A DNA stretch of 37,816 nucleotides from Nemertoderma westbladi (taxonomy: Eukaryota > Animalia > Xenacoelomorpha), in NCBI GenBank assembly GCA_032718475.1, contig JAUCBJ010004763.1:1-37816 (forward strand), written 5' to 3'. Both the position numbers and the translations under genes were made by a program. Below are positions 34,437 through 37,816 of this stretch, piece by piece; position 1 is the stretch's first letter, and each line of letters opens with the position of its first letter. The notes beneath the pieces are model-generated. The model made no database searches and was not told where the DNA came from. It saw only the letters and a program-made list of their open reading frames with translations.

Positions 34437-36762
34437 CCGGGTGTTCCATAATGATTGCCCCCCCCCCCCCCCCCCCTGGCCAGGCCAGCCAAAACCACCA
34501 GACATGTACCTTAACCTTAGTGTAATATATCATTCGAAAGATAATTGAATTATGTCTTTAAACAAAGCGACATGCTGCTGTCAGGGGGTCCATCATAAAT
34601 TAAATAAATACAAATAGATAAGGGTCTTCCCCAACGGTAAAAATAATTTAATTAATTTAAGTGAGTACTTTCTGGCCTATGCCTTTCTTCAGTGCCGGAT
34701 TAAGCCTCTGGTGGCCCTAAGGCACATTTTAGTAATTTCCAAAAATGGCCCGAAGATATAATTTTTCCGCAAACCCTTTCAAAATAAAAAGCTGCTAAAA
34801 ACAACTGAAATTGTGAAAATGTTGCGAAGGAAATATAAAGTATTTTCGTTGGATGACTGCGTGCAAATAACTACTAAGTACTTTAATTATAAGTACTTTG
34901 CACAAATAGTTTTCATCAAGAATTTTTAACATTACTAAGCGGCATATTATGCCTATAAAGCCTTTGATACAAAAAGTGTAGTGGTTTTGGTAGAATTTCT
35001 CAAGCTTTACTTTTTAATACATTAATATATTAATGGGACCATTACCCCAAATCTCTTTAATTTTTAATATATTAATGGGACCATTACCCCAAATCTATTT
35101 GTTTTATTTATTAAGTTACTATTCTGAATACTATTCTGAATACTTAACACAATGATCTGTGATCTTTTATATACTATGGAAACTGAGTATAGAGAGCTTC
35201 ATAAGCCGTTTATTCGAAAAATATGGCACTTTTTGAGCAGGTCGGTTTATTTCAAAAATTCTATAAATTTTGAGCCATTTAAATGTAAATTAGCGCATGT
35301 TTAAGGATCTGTAATACCACCTGCATTGAAGTTCTTGGTCCAAGACTTTGGTAAAATGAACCTAGATATGTAGGCTATTTTCTATGAAAATAAAATAAAT
35401 ATCAGCATTAAATTATGTTGTTGAAGAGCATTTTTTTGGTCAAAAAATAATTAAATGTTGAAAACCGATATCACCTTATGAAAGCCTTTCTATCAAACTA
35501 TAAAATGATCGGATCGCAATTTTGAATAAATGTGGTATTTATTTTCTGTAGGTTTTGCACGACTTTACAGGACTTGCTGAGAAATATAACACACCAAAAG
35601 TGTGGGCTTGTGCTCTAATAAAGTAATGATCTTCTATAAGAGAACAGTCTCGGAAATAAGCACTCTTTGTGACTAATTTTATTTTAACCAAATTCAATTA
35701 TGCTGTCCGAGAGTTTTAGGTTTTGCAGGAATTGCACCTAAAATGCCATCGAATGCAAAATTCAATACACGAGGGCAGAACATCTGAATTTCGGTTAAAT
35801 TAAATTAAATTAGTAACAAGAAGTTATTTCTGACGCGTTTTTTTTTATCAACAACTATTTTATCTACTACTACATAATTTATCCTTGTTTATCTATTAGG
35901 GCCTATATTTATAAAACTAGTTTCCGGTAAAAAAAATAATTTTGCACTACCATATCTCCACGCCATACATTTACTATGTACAGTATTTCCAGTATGTCAT
36001 TATTTGGTTGTTCTAGAAAGTTTAAGAGCATAACTACAAATAATTCCCCACAAATAGATAAAATTAAATTATCCATTGTTCATAATTAGCACTTTAAAGT
36101 TTTACTGCCCATGTTTTATTATTTCCCTGCCATTAGGTCTCGAACTAATAAAACAGCACCTGTCGGTCGACTGAGCTATAATTTTGCACTTTCTATCACA
36201 AATTTAGGGATAGAGAGTAGTCGAAAGATGCACTTTCTTGCTCTGTTTTCTACAAATTTTAGTGAGAAAAAATGTGGACTTTTCAGATTAAAATATTATT
36301 TTCACAGGAATGACTCGCTGAGAAAAAATGGCCCGTATTTTCGGCTGGCCCTAAGGCACGTGCCTTATATGCCTTAAGGTTAATCCGGCACTGCCTTTCT
36401 TTAACTCTATATAAACTGAACACTAAACCGAACTGTAAAATTACACGGCACAACAGTAATTTTACAGTTCGGTTTAGTGTTTACCAGTTTACCGTCTATA
36501 CAGTATGTCTGAAGAAAGGCCTAGGCCAGAAGAGTACTCACTTAAATTAATTAAATTATTTTTACCGTTGGGGAAGACCCTTATCTATTTGTATTTATTT
36601 AATTTATGATGGACCCCCTGACAGCAGCATGTCGCTTTGTTTAAATACATAATTAAATTATCTTTCGAATGATATATTACACTAAAGTACATGTCTGGCA
36701 GTTTTGGCCTGCCTAGCCGGGGGGGGGGGGGGGGGGGGGGGGAATCATTATGGAACACCCGG
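34437..36762. mobile_element. Tc1/mariner-type palindromic (foldback) MITE, about 614 bp once the nested hAT insert and one TSD copy are removed
   Basis: TA|CCGGGTGTTCCATAATGATT ... AATCATTATGGAACACCCGG|TA. Inverted arms of about 250 bp (34437..34689 vs about 36510..36762) and a central hairpin 36419..36444 / 36456..36481. Confidence 0.88.
34690..36393. mobile_element. Non-autonomous hAT element, 1704 bp, nested in the foldback MITE
   Basis: 14-bp TIR CAGTGCCGGATTAA / TTAATCCGGCACTG. Perfect 8-bp TSD CCTTTCTT (34682..34689 and 36394..36401). Subterminal TGGCCCTAAGGCAC near both ends. No transposase ORF. Confidence 0.92.
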
Positions 36763-36781
36763 TACATTACTTACCTACTTA

Positions 36782-37043
36782 CAGTGTGAAGAATACCAGT
36801 CTTTCTGTCGTTATATTTCACTTTGTAGTTGAATTACCAGGTTTTCATTAAAAACCACAGGTTACAGAAGGGCTGAATCTAACCAAAACAATAACCGAAT
36901 TAGTATATGTATAGGTTATTATAAGACAGAAATAAGCGCTATAAAACACTTAAATAAAGATAAATTTAAAAATGAAAAATCTTCATCTATAAAATTCCAA
37001 TAAAAAGTCGACCGAAAAGTGAAATCCTGGTATTCTTCACATG
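36782..37043. mobile_element. Degenerate MITE with TA|CAGTG left end
   Basis: TGTGAAGAATACCAG (36785..36799) inverted at CTGGTATTCTTCACA (37027..37041). Right tip degraded. Confidence 0.5.
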
Positions 37044-37816
37044 GGCGACTTTTTTAAATGACCATTACTTTGGGTTGGGTTATAGTTTAATATAACAATT
37101 TTAAACTATTTTGATTAAAATCGGCTATTACATGAAATTAAAATTTTTTTTTCGATATTCTGTAAGAAAAATGTTAAATAACAGCCGAAGCCATTTCGAA
37201 TGAGCCTAAAACCATGGATTTGGTCGAAAAATGACGGAGGAGTGTAGCGTTTTAAAAATGAAAAATGTCATTCTGAATTGCCCTTAAAATTTGATCCTAC
37301 CCGCGCAAAATCTGTAGGGCGAGACACGTAGTCGTTCGAGCCTTGGCATACGGTTCATATAGGCAAATGGGGCATGTTCGTCCGTCTGTCTGGCCGTCTT
37401 TCTGGTAAATGTATGAACGCGAATTTCTGGGAGTTAGGAATTGAACCAAACTTAGTACAGTAGGTAAGTTGTAGAGGGAAAGTTAGAAAATTAGTAAAGT
37501 TTGGTGAAAAATCATGCAGTCTGACGTCAGCTACGACAGATTATGTGGTTTTAGATAATGTTAAATTTCTCAGGAATGCCTCATTTTCTGAGCTGAATTT
37601 TTGGTTACTTGGAGAGAATCATAAAGTCTATCTTTTACGAAATTGAAAAGTTAAAACATTTAATTGGGGATCCGCTAGAGACTCCGAAGTAATGACATAG
37701 GCCTACGGGTACGGTACTGCTGTACTGTGCAAATACGAAATTGCAGAATAATAATTTGACACCACCTAGCGGATTAATATATGATTGTATATCGAACGAA
37801 TACATTTATAGCATGG

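Noticed and set aside
37320-37816. Helentron/DINE-like element (GTCCGTCTGTC stretch, AACCAAACTTAGTACA)
   Set aside because: Only a faint resemblance; no termini or hairpin could be defined within the window.

Overview
AT-rich metazoan (invertebrate-like) genomic DNA with spliceosomal introns; no prokaryotic features. Recognisable genes are: (1) an intronless WDR20/DMWD-family WD40 gene (59..1591, +); (2) the last three coding exons of a SCYL3/PACE-1-like gene (5058..5284, 6899..7103, 10550..11331, +), which the ORF track splits into unrelated ORFs and whose 5' exons I could not find in the window, so WDR20 may be nested in a SCYL3 intron; (3) a small C2HC zinc-finger ORF (21875..22183, -) head-to-head with (4) an RRBP1/kinectin-like ER membrane coiled-coil gene (five exons from 22546, continuing past the window). 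The most striking structure is in two consecutive introns of the RRBP1/KTN1-like gene. Each begins with a tandem array whose unit is the last bases of the exon plus the 5' splice donor: a 33-bp unit (roughly 185-190 copies, the first 16 in frame) and a 49-bp unit (exactly 17 copies). A third array (25-bp unit) fills a SCYL3 intron. The rest holds non-autonomous DNA transposons (Harbinger-, hAT-, Tc1/mariner-, P- and piggyBac-like ends) and a promoter-proximal cluster of TA-GGCC-TA / TA-CCGG-TA / TA-CWG-TA motifs resembling excision footprints. Homology calls come from recalled family motifs, not from database searches.
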